Source: a virus
Taxonomy: Duplodnaviria > Heunggongvirae > Uroviricota > Caudoviricetes
DNA: 64,000 nucleotides
Reading direction: 5' to 3' (one strand)
IMG/VR virus record: IMGVR_UViG_3300038345_000251
Location: 247,248-311,247 of that record
The position numbers were made by a program, and so were the translations under genes. Shown one piece after another: positions 34,561 to 44,555 of the stretch. The notes under the pieces were generated by a model, which saw nothing but the letters and a program-made list of their open reading frames with translations, ran no database searches and was not told the origin of the DNA. Numbering within the stretch: the stretch's first letter is position 1; each line of letters starts with the position of its first letter.

Positions 34561-36951
34561 TTATTTATTCAATACTCTTGAAATGTTATTTTCTTTAATT
34601 ATAGTTACAACACCACCATTGTGCCAATCTAAAATATCCGTTAAATGTGTAATATGTAAAACATAATCAAAATAAGGAATAATTTTATCATAAAGTTTTT
34701 TCACTGCATCATAATTTTCCTTTGCTACACCGCCTAATACTTCATCTAACAAAATCATTGGTGGTCTACTAAGCATTGACATATTACCTAAAACAACACG
34801 AAGTGCAAGTGAAGCAACTGTTCTTTCAAAACCTGATGCTGCATTAAGTTTACATTTAGCACCGTCACGTTCCATGATAAAATCAACTTCATTTTTATCA
34901 TTCATAATAATTTCAACAGTGAAATCAGCAACATCGTTAAGAAGATTATCCATTTGAGCATTGATAATAGGAAGTGTGTTTCTTAATACAATTTTAGATA
35001 TACCATTTTTACCAATAAGTTCAAGATATAATTTCCAGTCTTTTTCAATTTTTTCCTCATTTTTAATTTTAACAATGATAGATTCTTTTTCAGCAATTGT
35101 TTTTTCATTGGCTTCAATATTCTTCTGTGCAGAAATAATATCATTGTTTAACTTAATACGAATGTTATCTTCTACTTTAAGACTTTCATGTAGCATATTA
35201 ATTTTAGCATCAAGTTCATTATTGAATTTGATTGCTTCTTTATTATCATTTAATTTTTTAACGGTATCTTTTACTTCTTTATATTCAATTCTTTGATTTG
35301 CTAATTTTGTTTCAATGGCTGATACACGTAATTCAAGAGTATTTTTCTTTTTAGCATTTTCTCTTTTAATGTCAATTGCTTCAATTTTCTTTACAAGTTC
35401 TTCTTTTTCGTTATTAAGTTTAATACCTTCTTGAATTAATTCATTGATTTTAGTTTTATTTTCTTCAATTAAATTACTATTATCAACATTTTCAAACTTC
35501 CTACCACAAGTAGGACAATATTCATTATTCTTAAGTTGTTTATTATTATTCTTAAGATTTTCAATATTTGTTTTAATCTTTGCTATTTCGGAAATGACAG
35601 TTTCTTTTCTTGAAACGAAATTCTTATATTCAGTATCTGAATATTCAAAATCTTTAATATCAGATATTTGTTTTTCAAGTTCTTTTTTTAAGTTACTATC
35701 GTTTTTACCATTTTCTAATATTGTATTAAGTTTTGATTCTAATGTTGTTACATCTAATTTTGTATTAATTGTTGTATCTATAACTTTCTTTTCTGAAGTA
35801 TAACGTTTAATGTCTTCGTTATAACGTGTTATTGTTGTTTCAGAATCAGAAAATTTACGTTTGTTATCTTCTATCTCTTTGTTAAGAGAAGTATTAGAAT
35901 CATTAAGTTCTTTAATTTCCTGTACTAAAGTTTCTCTATTATAAACATCACAATATCTACCAACAGAAATTTTTTTGTTCCAAATTTCTCTTGCTACAAT
36001 ATTTTTATCTTCCAAACAAGATAAACCAATCCATCTTGAAAGCAATCTTCCTCTATCCGTTTTTTTAAGAGAAATAAGTTCATCAAGGTCTTTCATATTG
36101 GCTGAAATTATAAGGTCAAAATCATTTTCATCACCAATTGCCTCTTTGATTACTTTACTGGTTGCTTTTGCTGTTTGTTCCTGAAGATTGTCAATATCAG
36201 CCAATTCTTCTTGTTCACCTGCTTCATTTATACGATAATACTCTACTTTTTGGGAAGCACTTCTAAGTTCTTTTTTAGATTTACCTGCTCTTTTAAGTGT
36301 TCGTTTAATAACATAGTCAGTACCATCAATAGTTATACAACCTTCTACTTTTAATTCTGTTTCGTTTGGAAGATGTATATTGAACAATTGTCCAAGTTCA
36401 TCATCTGCTTTGCCAGAATGTGTTCTGCCAAAGAAAAGAAAGTGAAGGAGGTCATATGCAAATGTTGATTTACCACTCTTATTTGCAGGTTCACCATTAA
36501 GTAAAACCAAACCATGTAATTGAGTAAAATCAAAATGATTATTTGAACCATAGGAAAGAAAATTACTCCAGTCAAGCCATTTTACTGTATATCGTTTACC
36601 TTTTTCATATTTATCAAAATCAATTTGGTTATTAACCATTGAATCAATTGAAACAATAGCATCCCAATCATAATTTTCTATTTCGTTATCTGTTAAATAT
36701 TGTTTATAAAGTTGATGATGAAAATTAACGTCAGTAATGTTTTTAATATTATCAGCGTTTAATGCAACATCACCATTTGTCGTAAGTTTTTTAAAGTTTT
36801 TTTCGACAATAATATTTTTTATAGGAATATTATATTTTTCAGCAAATATTGTTTTAATGTTTTTCTCATTTTCTTTAGTATAATCAATGGGTGAAACATT
36901 CCAAACAATACATACTTTAGCATCTTGTCCTATTTCTATTTTCTTTTCCAT
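34561..36951 (-). CDS. SbcC/Rad50/gp46-like SMC ATPase
   Basis: NKSGKST Walker A, coiled coil with CPTC hook, ASGFE, LLDEVLG, HITH. Confidence 0.88.
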   Translation of the reverse strand: MEKKIEIGQDAKVCIVWNVSPIDYTKENEKNIKTIFAEKYNIPIKNIIVEKNFKKLTTNGDVALNADNIKNITDVNFHHQLYKQYLTDNEIENYDWDAIVSIDSMVNNQIDFDKYEKGKRYTVKWLDWSNFLSYGSNNHFDFTQLHGLVLLNGEPANKSGKSTFAYDLLHFLFFGRTHSGKADDELGQLFNIHLPNETELKVEGCITIDGTDYVIKRTLKRAGKSKKELRSASQKVEYYRINEAGEQEELADIDNLQEQTAKATSKVIKEAIGDENDFDLIISANMKDLDELISLKKTDRGRLLSRWIGLSCLEDKNIVAREIWNKKISVGRYCDVYNRETLVQEIKELNDSNTSLNKEIEDNKRKFSDSETTITRYNEDIKRYTSEKKVIDTTINTKLDVTTLESKLNTILENGKNDSNLKKELEKQISDIKDFEYSDTEYKNFVSRKETVISEIAKIKTNIENLKNNNKQLKNNEYCPTCGRKFENVDNSNLIEENKTKINELIQEGIKLNNEKEELVKKIEAIDIKRENAKKKNTLELRVSAIETKLANQRIEYKEVKDTVKKLNDNKEAIKFNNELDAKINMLHESLKVEDNIRIKLNNDIISAQKNIEANEKTIAEKESIIVKIKNEEKIEKDWKLYLELIGKNGISKIVLRNTLPIINAQMDNLLNDVADFTVEIIMNDKNEVDFIMERDGAKCKLNAASGFERTVASLALRVVLGNMSMLSRPPMILLDEVLGGVAKENYDAVKKLYDKIIPYFDYVLHITHLTDILDWHNGGVVTIIKENNISRVLNK

Positions 36952-37403
36952 TATTTTAATTTTCTTTTTTTAGGTTTTATTTCTTTTTTAGGTTCTTCTT
37001 TTACATTATCAGGAAGTTTAATCTCAACGGGCCAATCATTAGTTGTGTGTATTGGTTCGTAATGAACTTTACTTTCAGGTTTGTCTAAATTAGTTTCAGG
37101 TACTTCTTCTTTTACTGTTATATCATAGTCAGACTTATCTACCACTGTAGTATCTGACAACATTTCATCAAAATGGTCGTTTATTACTTCCTGTATTTGT
37201 TCAGGTGTTTCTTCAGTATTTTCAACAATCTTTTTAGCAAAATTATTAAAGGGTGAATCACCATATTTTTCAGTCATAAATGATTTTTGTAATAAATCAT
37301 TAATAAACCACCCTATTTTAAAATTATTAAGTTGACAATATTCTTTTATATCAGCGTATAACTTTGGTCTTATTTGTACCAAATGTCTTGTTTCGTCACT
37401 CAT
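36951..37403 (-). CDS. hypothetical protein (start moved to MSDET)
   Basis: the ORF-track start lies in the promoter motif. Confidence 0.55.
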   Translation of the reverse strand: MSDETRHLVQIRPKLYADIKEYCQLNNFKIGWFINDLLQKSFMTEKYGDSPFNNFAKKIVENTEETPEQIQEVINDHFDEMLSDTTVVDKSDYDITVKEEVPETNLDKPESKVHYEPIHTTNDWPVEIKLPDNVKEEPKKEIKPKKRKLK

Positions 37404-37521
37404 ATTTTTATAGTTTTTACAAATATACAAATTTTATATTAATTAAACAATTATTTTCCAGTTTTTTCTTTACAATCCATTGTTAAACATTATATTTATG
37501 TTAGTATTAATTAAAAAAATA

Positions 37522-38328
37522 ATGGAAGAAAATAGAATAATTTTAGGACTTGACGTAAGTACCAAATGTATTGGTATAAGTATTATTGAAGATGATGGTG
37601 AGAATATTCCAAAAATCATTGCAATTACACATAAATCACCTAAGTTGTCAAAAGATATTACTGATGATTTTGAAGGGCTATGTATTAAGAAACGAATATT
37701 TGATGATGAGTTTCTTAAATGTATTAATGAATATATCGGAAATAAAAAAATAACAGATGTTGTAATAGAAGAAGCATTATTAACATCTAAAAATGCGTAT
37801 ACAGTTGCAACTTTATTACGGTTTAATGGAATGATTGGCGAAGCTGTATATAATACACTTGGTGTAACACCTAAATTTATTTCTTCATATGATGCAAGAT
37901 TATATTCATTTCCAGAACTTGCTGCTATACGAAAATATAAAAAGAATGGTGATGAATATCCTTTAAAACATATTAAGGACGCAATTAAAAAAGATAACAT
38001 TGTTCTTTTTGGTTCATATCCATTTGATATAGACAAAAAAACTGTTATGCTAAATATGGTTAATAATGTATATACTGGCGAAAATACTATTCCTTGGGAA
38101 CTAAATAAAAAAGGTGAGTTAAAAAAAGAAAATTATGATGCTTGTGATTCACTTGTTTGTGCGTTAGCACATTCTAATATTATGAGATATGGATTAGATA
38201 AACCGACAATAGTTGACAGTCAAATAACAGAAACAGAAAACGAAACTATTATAGAATATACAACTAAAGTTTGGGATAGAAGTATTTCTAAAAAGATAAT
38301 GTTAACAAAAGAAAAAATCTCAGAATAA
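37522..38328 (+). CDS. RuvC-like Holliday junction resolvase
   Basis: ILGLDVSTKCIG, VVIEE, YDACDSLVCA. Confidence 0.75.
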   Translation: MEENRIILGLDVSTKCIGISIIEDDGENIPKIIAITHKSPKLSKDITDDFEGLCIKKRIFDDEFLKCINEYIGNKKITDVVIEEALLTSKNAYTVATLLRFNGMIGEAVYNTLGVTPKFISSYDARLYSFPELAAIRKYKKNGDEYPLKHIKDAIKKDNIVLFGSYPFDIDKKTVMLNMVNNVYTGENTIPWELNKKGELKKENYDACDSLVCALAHSNIMRYGLDKPTIVDSQITETENETIIEYTTKVWDRSISKKIMLTKEKISE

Positions 38329-38343
38329 TTTCTGAGATTTTTT

Positions 38344-38508
38344 TTAATCATTAAATGGATTTTTCATGTATTCGTCAATTGGCATATCACATAAATCAAT
38401 GACAGCACCATTCCATACATATCTTTCTTCTTTTCTGTTATCCATTTCCCAAATTGCATGATTATCCAAGTCAATACAATTTTCACGAGGGTCTTTCATA
38501 TAAGCCAT
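38344..38508 (-). CDS. small hypothetical protein (54 aa)
   Basis: own translation MAYMKDPREN..NPFND*. Confidence 0.45.
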   Translation of the reverse strand: MAYMKDPRENCIDLDNHAIWEMDNRKEERYVWNGAVIDLCDMPIDEYMKNPFND

Positions 38509-38556
38509 ATTCTACTATTTTTTAAAATAAATAGTTCTGTTTTTTAAAATGAAATT

Positions 38557-38566
38557 ACTATTTATA
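38557..38566 (+). promoter_or_regulatory. putative phage late promoter ACTATTTATA
   Basis: same motif upstream of structural genes (46868, 48959) and HEGs (6638, 10432, 34535). Confidence 0.55.
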
Positions 38567-38596
38567 TTAAAAATAAGAAAAAAAAATTAAACAAAA

Positions 38597-40087
38597 ATGA
38601 ATTATCAAGATTTTCAATTATCACGTAAAAGAAAAGACGTTATTTCAAAGCATCTTGCTAAAAAAAGAGTTAATAAATATGTAAGACAAAATGGTGTTGA
38701 ACCAACACCTGAAATTGAAGTAACATTCTATCAAGTTACACCTGAAGAGGAAGAAAAATATCGTAAAGCCTTTTTTGCTAATGACTTTGTTGAAGAAAGT
38801 GAATTACATATTGACATGCCTAATATTATTAATAATACCCATGAACAAGACCAGGTTGAAGAAACAATTGTTACCGAATTATTAAATGGTAATAAAACAG
38901 TTGTTGTTGAAGATGTTAATAATATTACACTTCCTAAAGAAGTAAATGTAATTGCAAATATTACAGGTAATTTTCAAAACGGTGCAACAATCGAATCACA
39001 GAGTACCAAAGCAATGACTATTCATAACACAAGTGAAGACCCTATTGACATTAGTATTATTGCAAAAAGTACTGTTTATTTAACAGGTAAATTCAATAAC
39101 ATCTATTTTAATGGTAAATCATTAAATGGTAGTTCAAGTGTTTATCCTGAAATTTATGGAGAAGTCGCAGTTGTTCCTCCAACAACAGGTAGTGTTAATG
39201 TTTATGGTACTTTCCAAGAAAATTCATCAGTTAAATATCTTGGTAGTGAAGCAATGAGTGTTTATAATAACAATAATGAAAATGGAAATGTTACCATTTA
39301 TGCGCCTTATTCAACAGTAACAGTTAGTGGTAAATATAACAATGTTGAAGCAACTGTTAGTGACAATACACTTATCCTTAGATATACTTTCCATGCACAT
39401 AAACTTAAAGTAAACCAAGGTAAAGTTGTATATCAAGGTATTAATGCATCAGATTTTTATGATGAATTAATCGGTGAAAGTGTTGAAGTAGAACCTTATG
39501 GTTTTGATGTTGATTCAACAAATTACACAAAAATTTCATCAACACCTGGTGTTTATAAGTTTGTAGACGATTTTACTGGAACAACATCTGTTAGTTTTGG
39601 TATTATTGCAAGTGGTAAATTCAAATATGACTTTAACGGACACAATGTAATTTTTGGTCGTTCAAATACAGGTAATATTTTCTTAAGAGGTACTGCAAGT
39701 ATTGACTTTGTTGGCGAAGGTAGTATGACAAACAATGCAAATTCATACGGAGTATGGGTTTCTTCAGAAAATGCAACTGTTAATGTTTATGGTGGTGAAT
39801 TCAATGCATATACACACGTAATGTATGCTGAAAAAGGTACAATTAATATCTATGGTGGAACATTTAATTGTTTGTCAGAAGATAAAAAATTTACTTTGAA
39901 CTGTCTTGATGCATCATATACAGCAGGTACTGCACATATTAATGTTTATGGTGGTAAATTCTACAATTTTGACCCATCACATTCAATGTCTGAACCTGGC
40001 GGACCAGTATCATTTGTTGCTGAAGGATATAAAGTTATTTCTTCACAAGTAGGCTCTGATATAATTTATGAAGTTGTTCCTGAATAA
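38597..40087 (+). CDS. probable virion protein with beta-helix-like C-terminus
   Basis: Asn/Gly-rich IYGGxF repeats; late-type motif upstream. Confidence 0.5.
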   Translation: MNYQDFQLSRKRKDVISKHLAKKRVNKYVRQNGVEPTPEIEVTFYQVTPEEEEKYRKAFFANDFVEESELHIDMPNIINNTHEQDQVEETIVTELLNGNKTVVVEDVNNITLPKEVNVIANITGNFQNGATIESQSTKAMTIHNTSEDPIDISIIAKSTVYLTGKFNNIYFNGKSLNGSSSVYPEIYGEVAVVPPTTGSVNVYGTFQENSSVKYLGSEAMSVYNNNNENGNVTIYAPYSTVTVSGKYNNVEATVSDNTLILRYTFHAHKLKVNQGKVVYQGINASDFYDELIGESVEVEPYGFDVDSTNYTKISSTPGVYKFVDDFTGTTSVSFGIIASGKFKYDFNGHNVIFGRSNTGNIFLRGTASIDFVGEGSMTNNANSYGVWVSSENATVNVYGGEFNAYTHVMYAEKGTINIYGGTFNCLSEDKKFTLNCLDASYTAGTAHINVYGGKFYNFDPSHSMSEPGGPVSFVAEGYKVISSQVGSDIIYEVVPE

Positions 40088-40109
40088 TAAAAAAGATAAA
40101 CATAAAATA

Positions 40110-40140
40110 AAAATGCATCCGTAACAGGATGCATTTTTTT
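40110..40140. terminator. bidirectional intrinsic terminator
   Basis: AAAATGCATCC..GGATGCATTTT. Confidence 0.75.
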
Positions 40141-40142
40141 AT

Positions 40143-41009
40143 TTATTTTGTTATCTGACGATAAGCAAGTTTCATTTTCTTGGTACATTTCTTAAGAATC
40201 TGTCTTACTCTTTCGCCTGACATACCTACTTCTTCACCAATATCATTATAATTTGGAATTGCATTATCTTTATAATCGCCAATACCATAACGCATTTCAA
40301 TAATTTTCCTGTCTTTAGTGTTAAAGATAGATAACATTTTTTCAATCATGTATGAAGTATAATCATTTTCGATTTCAATTTCATACTCATTTCTATCAGC
40401 AGTCTTTGTAATATATTCCTTTGAATTTTCAAAAGTATTTGATTCATTATCATCAAAGGTACTATTGATTGATTCAGTTTTTACATCATATAAATCACTT
40501 TCACACTGAATTTTAACGCCATATTTTTCTTGAAGAATTTCAATGACTTCAGATTCAGTAGGGTATCTACCATTTTTGCAATAGTAAGAATTATTAATAG
40601 AACTAAGTTTAGTACTGACTTTTGAATTGTTAGTACGTCTTACTAATAGGTTATCATTAACCAAATAGTAATTAATACTTCTACGAATATACCAGACAGC
40701 ATAACTAAGGAATCTGTTAGGCCGTTTAACGTCATAGAAGTCAATTGCTTGCATAAGACCAATGTTACCTTCACTTACTAAATCCAGTAATTTATCATCT
40801 GTCGTATAACATTTCGCAATAGAGAAAACAAATCTTAAGTTACTCTTAATTAGTTTTTCTCTTGCTTCTTCATCCCCATTCTTAACTTTGAGTATAAGTT
40901 CATCTTCCTCTTTTTCAGTTAAAACAGGATAGTTTTTAATGTCATGCAAATAATCTGCAATACCTCTTGTTCTTTCCAAGTAAGAACCACCGTAAACTTT
41001 TAAATCCAT
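40143..41009 (-). CDS. sigma-70 family RNA polymerase sigma factor (2)
   Basis: LIKSNLRFV, DLVSEGNIGL, FLSYAVWYIR, IGEEVGMSGERVRQI. Confidence 0.9.
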   Translation of the reverse strand: MDLKVYGGSYLERTRGIADYLHDIKNYPVLTEKEEDELILKVKNGDEEAREKLIKSNLRFVFSIAKCYTTDDKLLDLVSEGNIGLMQAIDFYDVKRPNRFLSYAVWYIRRSINYYLVNDNLLVRRTNNSKVSTKLSSINNSYYCKNGRYPTESEVIEILQEKYGVKIQCESDLYDVKTESINSTFDDNESNTFENSKEYITKTADRNEYEIEIENDYTSYMIEKMLSIFNTKDRKIIEMRYGIGDYKDNAIPNYNDIGEEVGMSGERVRQILKKCTKKMKLAYRQITK

Positions 41010-41422
41010 GAATTTGTCTTTAGTTTTGTTTTAAGTTGTGTTGCTACAATATAATCATAGTCTGCAATTTCATCTTTATAAAGAAAACCAATAAAGACGC
41101 TATCTTTGTTTTTTTGCGTTTCCTTTATATAAGCATTAATATTGGAAGCAGAACGTAAAATATCGTTTAAGACGTTTAAATTAGGGTCTTTATCTATATC
41201 ATACGTTTCAATCTTATAAATTGTTTCTTTATAAAGTTTATCAAAACTACTATTTTTATCAGCATATGGAACACTAAAAAGAGCAGCAAACAAAAACATA
41301 GCCATAGAAATTATTGCAATAATAACATCTAATATACTACTATTGGATGGTTTAAAAATTATTCTAATAATAATCAGTGCAATTAGAATAACTATTGGAA
41401 TAATAATAGATAAACAATGCAT
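41000..41422 (-). CDS. hypothetical membrane protein
   Basis: two N-terminal hydrophobic segments. Confidence 0.55.
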   Translation of the reverse strand: MHCLSIIIPIVILIALIIIRIIFKPSNSSILDVIIAIISMAMFLFAALFSVPYADKNSSFDKLYKETIYKIETYDIDKDPNLNVLNDILRSASNINAYIKETQKNKDSVFIGFLYKDEIADYDYIVATQLKTKLKTNSWI

Positions 41423-41425
41423 AAT

Positions 41426-42055
41426 TTATTTTGATTTTAAACGTTTTTTAAGTTCAGGGAATTCTTTAAGAATTTCTTTCATTTTATTCATATAATATTC
41501 AAAATCAGAGTTTGCTCTTTTAAGTTTTTCTTCTTTTGAACTATTGTCAATTTTTTCCCAAACCATACCATCAGTATTAACCTGATAATCACCTGCTGTA
41601 ATACCACCCTTATCCATATAATTAAAAATAAGGCTAATAATCAGTACAAGGTTTTCCACAATATAAAGGTACAATCCCCACCAATAATCTTCAAGTTCTT
41701 TAGGGTATTGTTTACCAAGAGGACTTTCTTCAGTTCCTGGAACAAAATCACCATAATGTCCAAGAATCATAGCAACGTCTTCCATAACATAAGTTCCACC
41801 AAACAAATTCCACTGATTAATTCCCCATGCATGACATTCTTTTTTATCTGACAAAACTTCAAGATGCTCCTGTGCACGATTAAGATAATCTCTAAGTTTT
41901 CCAAATTTTCTCATGTTTTCGTTAGAATTTTCAATTTCATTGATGGCGTCCACAAGTGGCGAAATATCATATAAATCACCAAGTTCAAAAGTTTCAAACT
42001 TAATATTTTTAATAAGTTTGATGTGGTCTTCAGTAAGTGTTAGTTTCTTTTTCAT
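41426..42055 (-). CDS. hypothetical protein
   Basis: 209 aa ORF in operon. Confidence 0.6.
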   Translation of the reverse strand: MKKKLTLTEDHIKLIKNIKFETFELGDLYDISPLVDAINEIENSNENMRKFGKLRDYLNRAQEHLEVLSDKKECHAWGINQWNLFGGTYVMEDVAMILGHYGDFVPGTEESPLGKQYPKELEDYWWGLYLYIVENLVLIISLIFNYMDKGGITAGDYQVNTDGMVWEKIDNSSKEEKLKRANSDFEYYMNKMKEILKEFPELKKRLKSK

Positions 42056-42249
42056 AATATAATATCTTTAATTTCAGTTAATTTTTCTTCTTTCTTTTCT
42101 TTATCGTTTATAATATCAAATATTTTCTGAATCTTATTCACGTCTTTAGAAAGCACATAACCATCTTCTAAAATCTTCCCACAATATGATAAAATACGGT
42201 TAAGTTGAATATGCACAATTTGTGCCATAGTTTCTTCATTAAATTCCAT
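42052..42249 (-). CDS. hypothetical protein
   Basis: 65 aa ORF in operon. Confidence 0.5.
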   Translation of the reverse strand: MEFNEETMAQIVHIQLNRILSYCGKILEDGYVLSKDVNKIQKIFDIINDKEKKEEKLTEIKDIIL

Positions 42250-42770
42250 TTTCGTTTCTTGTTAAAATTTTTATTGCTTTTTCAATGTCTTTATCAGATA
42301 TTCCATTTTCTTCATCTGTTTGAATAAAATTATCTTTTTGTCCTAACAACATATCAGTATCATCATCAAAAATAACAAATTCATAATCTATATCTTCTTC
42401 GTGGTAATGTTTTCGATAATACGGTTCACCATCATAATCATTACCATATTTTGTACCCATACCACCAAAATTAACTCGCAGCCATTTTTCAATCTCATTA
42501 CCCCTACAAATCCAATCTTCATAATAATGGTCTGTGTAACCAATAATTGGTACTTCTAATCCACACCCCTGTAGTGATTTTTCAGTTCTTCCATTGTCAT
42601 AACCCCACGAAGATGATATGACAATTTCTGCACCAATTTCATTCAATTTATTTAATTTCTTAACACAGTCAGTGTCTATACGTCCATAGCATTTACTTGT
42701 AGTAAGTACACCATCAATGTCAAAGGAAGACGATACGTTTGTAGTATCGCCCTGAACCGTCTACGGACAT
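42239..42770 (-). CDS. HAD-family phosphatase (RNA-repair 'Swiss Army knife'-like), needs a +1 frameshift at CTT-TGA-C
   Basis: frame 0 MSVDGSGRYYKRIVFL, then +1 frame DIDGVL..IVISSSW..VIFDDD; joined it reads VFLDIDGV. Confidence 0.7.
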
Positions 42771-42780
42771 TTTTAAATTT

Positions 42781-43503
42781 TTATTTGTGTTGTTCATATA
42801 TTTTATACTTTCTTGTTAAATAAATTTCTTTATTTCCTTGGTATATAAAGTTTAAAAATTTTAAAGAATCTTTGTACCAATGTTGTTTAAAAACATTATT
42901 TTTATTTTTTGTTACTGAAAACATTTTAACACTTGTTATCTGATATTTTTCTTCTAAAAATTCGTTTATGAAATTTAAAATTTCTTTTGTTGAAATTAAA
43001 TTACAACGTAAACGGTTTTTATTTATACCACACAAAGAAATCGAACCATCCCCATCAAATAATCCTGCAATAAAATATGAATATAGTTCTTCTTCAATTT
43101 TTGGAAATTCACATTTATCAGATTTTTTATTTGTGATTCCTTTTTCAATTATATTATTAACAAACAATTCGTTTGTAATTTGTATTGAATATTCATAATA
43201 TGTTTTATCTGTTCTTTTGTCGTGATAATTAAAATTAGATATTTTATGCTCTGATTTAATATCTGTTTTGAATTTTTCAAGTATTTCTAAGTCTTTACAT
43301 ATAATTGTTAATTTATTATTATTTTTATTTATAGAACCATCAGCAGTAATAAAACCAAGCCAATATGCTTTTTTAGGTGTATCTATTGTTTTAAAATAGT
43401 CAATATCAATATTAAGTTTTGACATATTTAGTCTTGATTTTTTTCGTTTTATTCCATATTTCCTTAAAACACTTCCAATTCCTCCAGGTGTTAATCCAAA
43501 CAT
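42781..43503 (-). CDS. LAGLIDADG homing endonuclease
   Basis: YWLGFITADGS and FIAGLFDGDGS motifs; frame stays open about 39 codons upstream of the ATG. Confidence 0.88.
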   Translation of the reverse strand: MFGLTPGGIGSVLRKYGIKRKKSRLNMSKLNIDIDYFKTIDTPKKAYWLGFITADGSINKNNNKLTIICKDLEILEKFKTDIKSEHKISNFNYHDKRTDKTYYEYSIQITNELFVNNIIEKGITNKKSDKCEFPKIEEELYSYFIAGLFDGDGSISLCGINKNRLRCNLISTKEILNFINEFLEEKYQITSVKMFSVTKNKNNVFKQHWYKDSLKFLNFIYQGNKEIYLTRKYKIYEQHK

Positions 43504-43586
43504 TTTTCCAATTTCTTTTTGGGATAATGTTTTGGATAATTCAATAATTTTTTCGTCTCTTTTTTTAATTTCTATGTTTTTTATAT

Positions 43587-43634
43587 CTAAAAAAACAACA
43601 TTTTTAGAAATACCAATCGTTTATAGTCTTTCAT
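43587..43634 (-). CDS. short ORF MKDYKRLVFLKMLFF*, a probable orphaned 5' end of the HAD gene
   Basis: ATGA overlap with the upstream stop; YKRLVFL matches YKRIVFL. Confidence 0.5.
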   Translation of the reverse strand: MKDYKRLVFLKMLFF

Positions 43635-43861
43635 TCTAATACTGATTTAAATAAACTTCTAACTGTTCGAAATAAAAGTACAAATATATGAAATATTACT
43701 CTTAAAATACCAAAAAGTAAATATAAAGGCCAAAAAAGAACTTTTGAAACAACTAAAGTATCTTCATCTAAACTAAGTTCATCAGCCCATTTAAATCCAG
43801 CCAATGAAAAGATACCGATAAGAAAATATATAAGACAAATGCAAATAATTTTTCCAAACAT
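43631..43861 (-). CDS. hypothetical membrane protein
   Basis: 76 aa, hydrophobic. Confidence 0.55.
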   Translation of the reverse strand: MFGKIICICLIYFLIGIFSLAGFKWADELSLDEDTLVVSKVLFWPLYLLFGILRVIFHIFVLLFRTVRSLFKSVLE

Positions 43862-43866
43862 AACAA

Positions 43867-44127
43867 TTATTTTTTATAAAATTCAAAAACGTCACAAACA
43901 AATGTTTTACAAACATTATAAAGAAATTTTACAGATACAAAAATAATTTTTGGTAAATAAAAAATTAAATAAAACAACCAAAAAATACTATAACTGCCTA
44001 CTTCAACAAATGAAATCTCTTCTTCTTCTGTGTCTCCCATACACAAAAAAAGCGTAAATCCCAAAAAAATAGCAAATGAAATAATTCCGTAAATAAGTAG
44101 GAAAGTGCCAATTGTCCAATTTTCCAT
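43867..44127 (-). CDS. hypothetical membrane protein
   Basis: 86 aa, hydrophobic. Confidence 0.55.
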   Translation of the reverse strand: MENWTIGTFLLIYGIISFAIFLGFTLFLCMGDTEEEEISFVEVGSYSIFWLFYLIFYLPKIIFVSVKFLYNVCKTFVCDVFEFYKK

Positions 44128-44138
44128 AATATAATAAT

Positions 44139-44555
44139 TTAATATAAATGTTCACTAAACATCATTTCCCAACCATTACCATCATTATTTGTATATCTTT
44201 CATGTGGTACTTGATTTTGAAATTCTTCTGAACTAACATATATACCTGTATAATCTTTTTTTATTGCATCTTGTTCAGAAACTTGTCCTGCATTATATGC
44301 AATCTCCATTGCTTGCCACCTGTCAACAAATCTACCTTTGCTTGTAAGAAATCCTTGCACTTGTCTTCCATCAGAAATACATCTGCAAAGTCTTGTCTGT
44401 TTATGTGTATAGATACAGTTACCGTGCCTCCAGTGGCCGATAACCATACCTTTACTTATATTTTGTGCAAGAAACCCTCTTGGTGCAGGTGTTCTGAACC
44501 TATGCTTATACCAGATTGCAGCACAAATTATGTATTCTTTGCTATTATCAATCAT
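44139..44555 (-). CDS. hypothetical phage protein
   Basis: YIICAAIW..GHWRHGNC..QGFLTSKGRFVDR. Confidence 0.6.
   Translation of the reverse strand: MIDNSKEYIICAAIWYKHRFRTPAPRGFLAQNISKGMVIGHWRHGNCIYTHKQTRLCRCISDGRQVQGFLTSKGRFVDRWQAMEIAYNAGQVSEQDAIKKDYTGIYVSSEEFQNQVPHERYTNNDGNGWEMMFSEHLY

Noticed and set aside
29834-37430. MYICK.. N-termini of ORFs 29834, 36951 and 20381 as a shared peptide motif
   Set aside because: An artefact of translating the GTATATTTGTAAAA promoter element; the real starts are downstream.
42650-43600. Group I or group II intron containing the LAGLIDADG ORF
   Set aside because: The putative 3' end lacks a terminal G or AY, there is no GUGYG start and no recognisable core, and too little non-coding sequence flanks the ORF.
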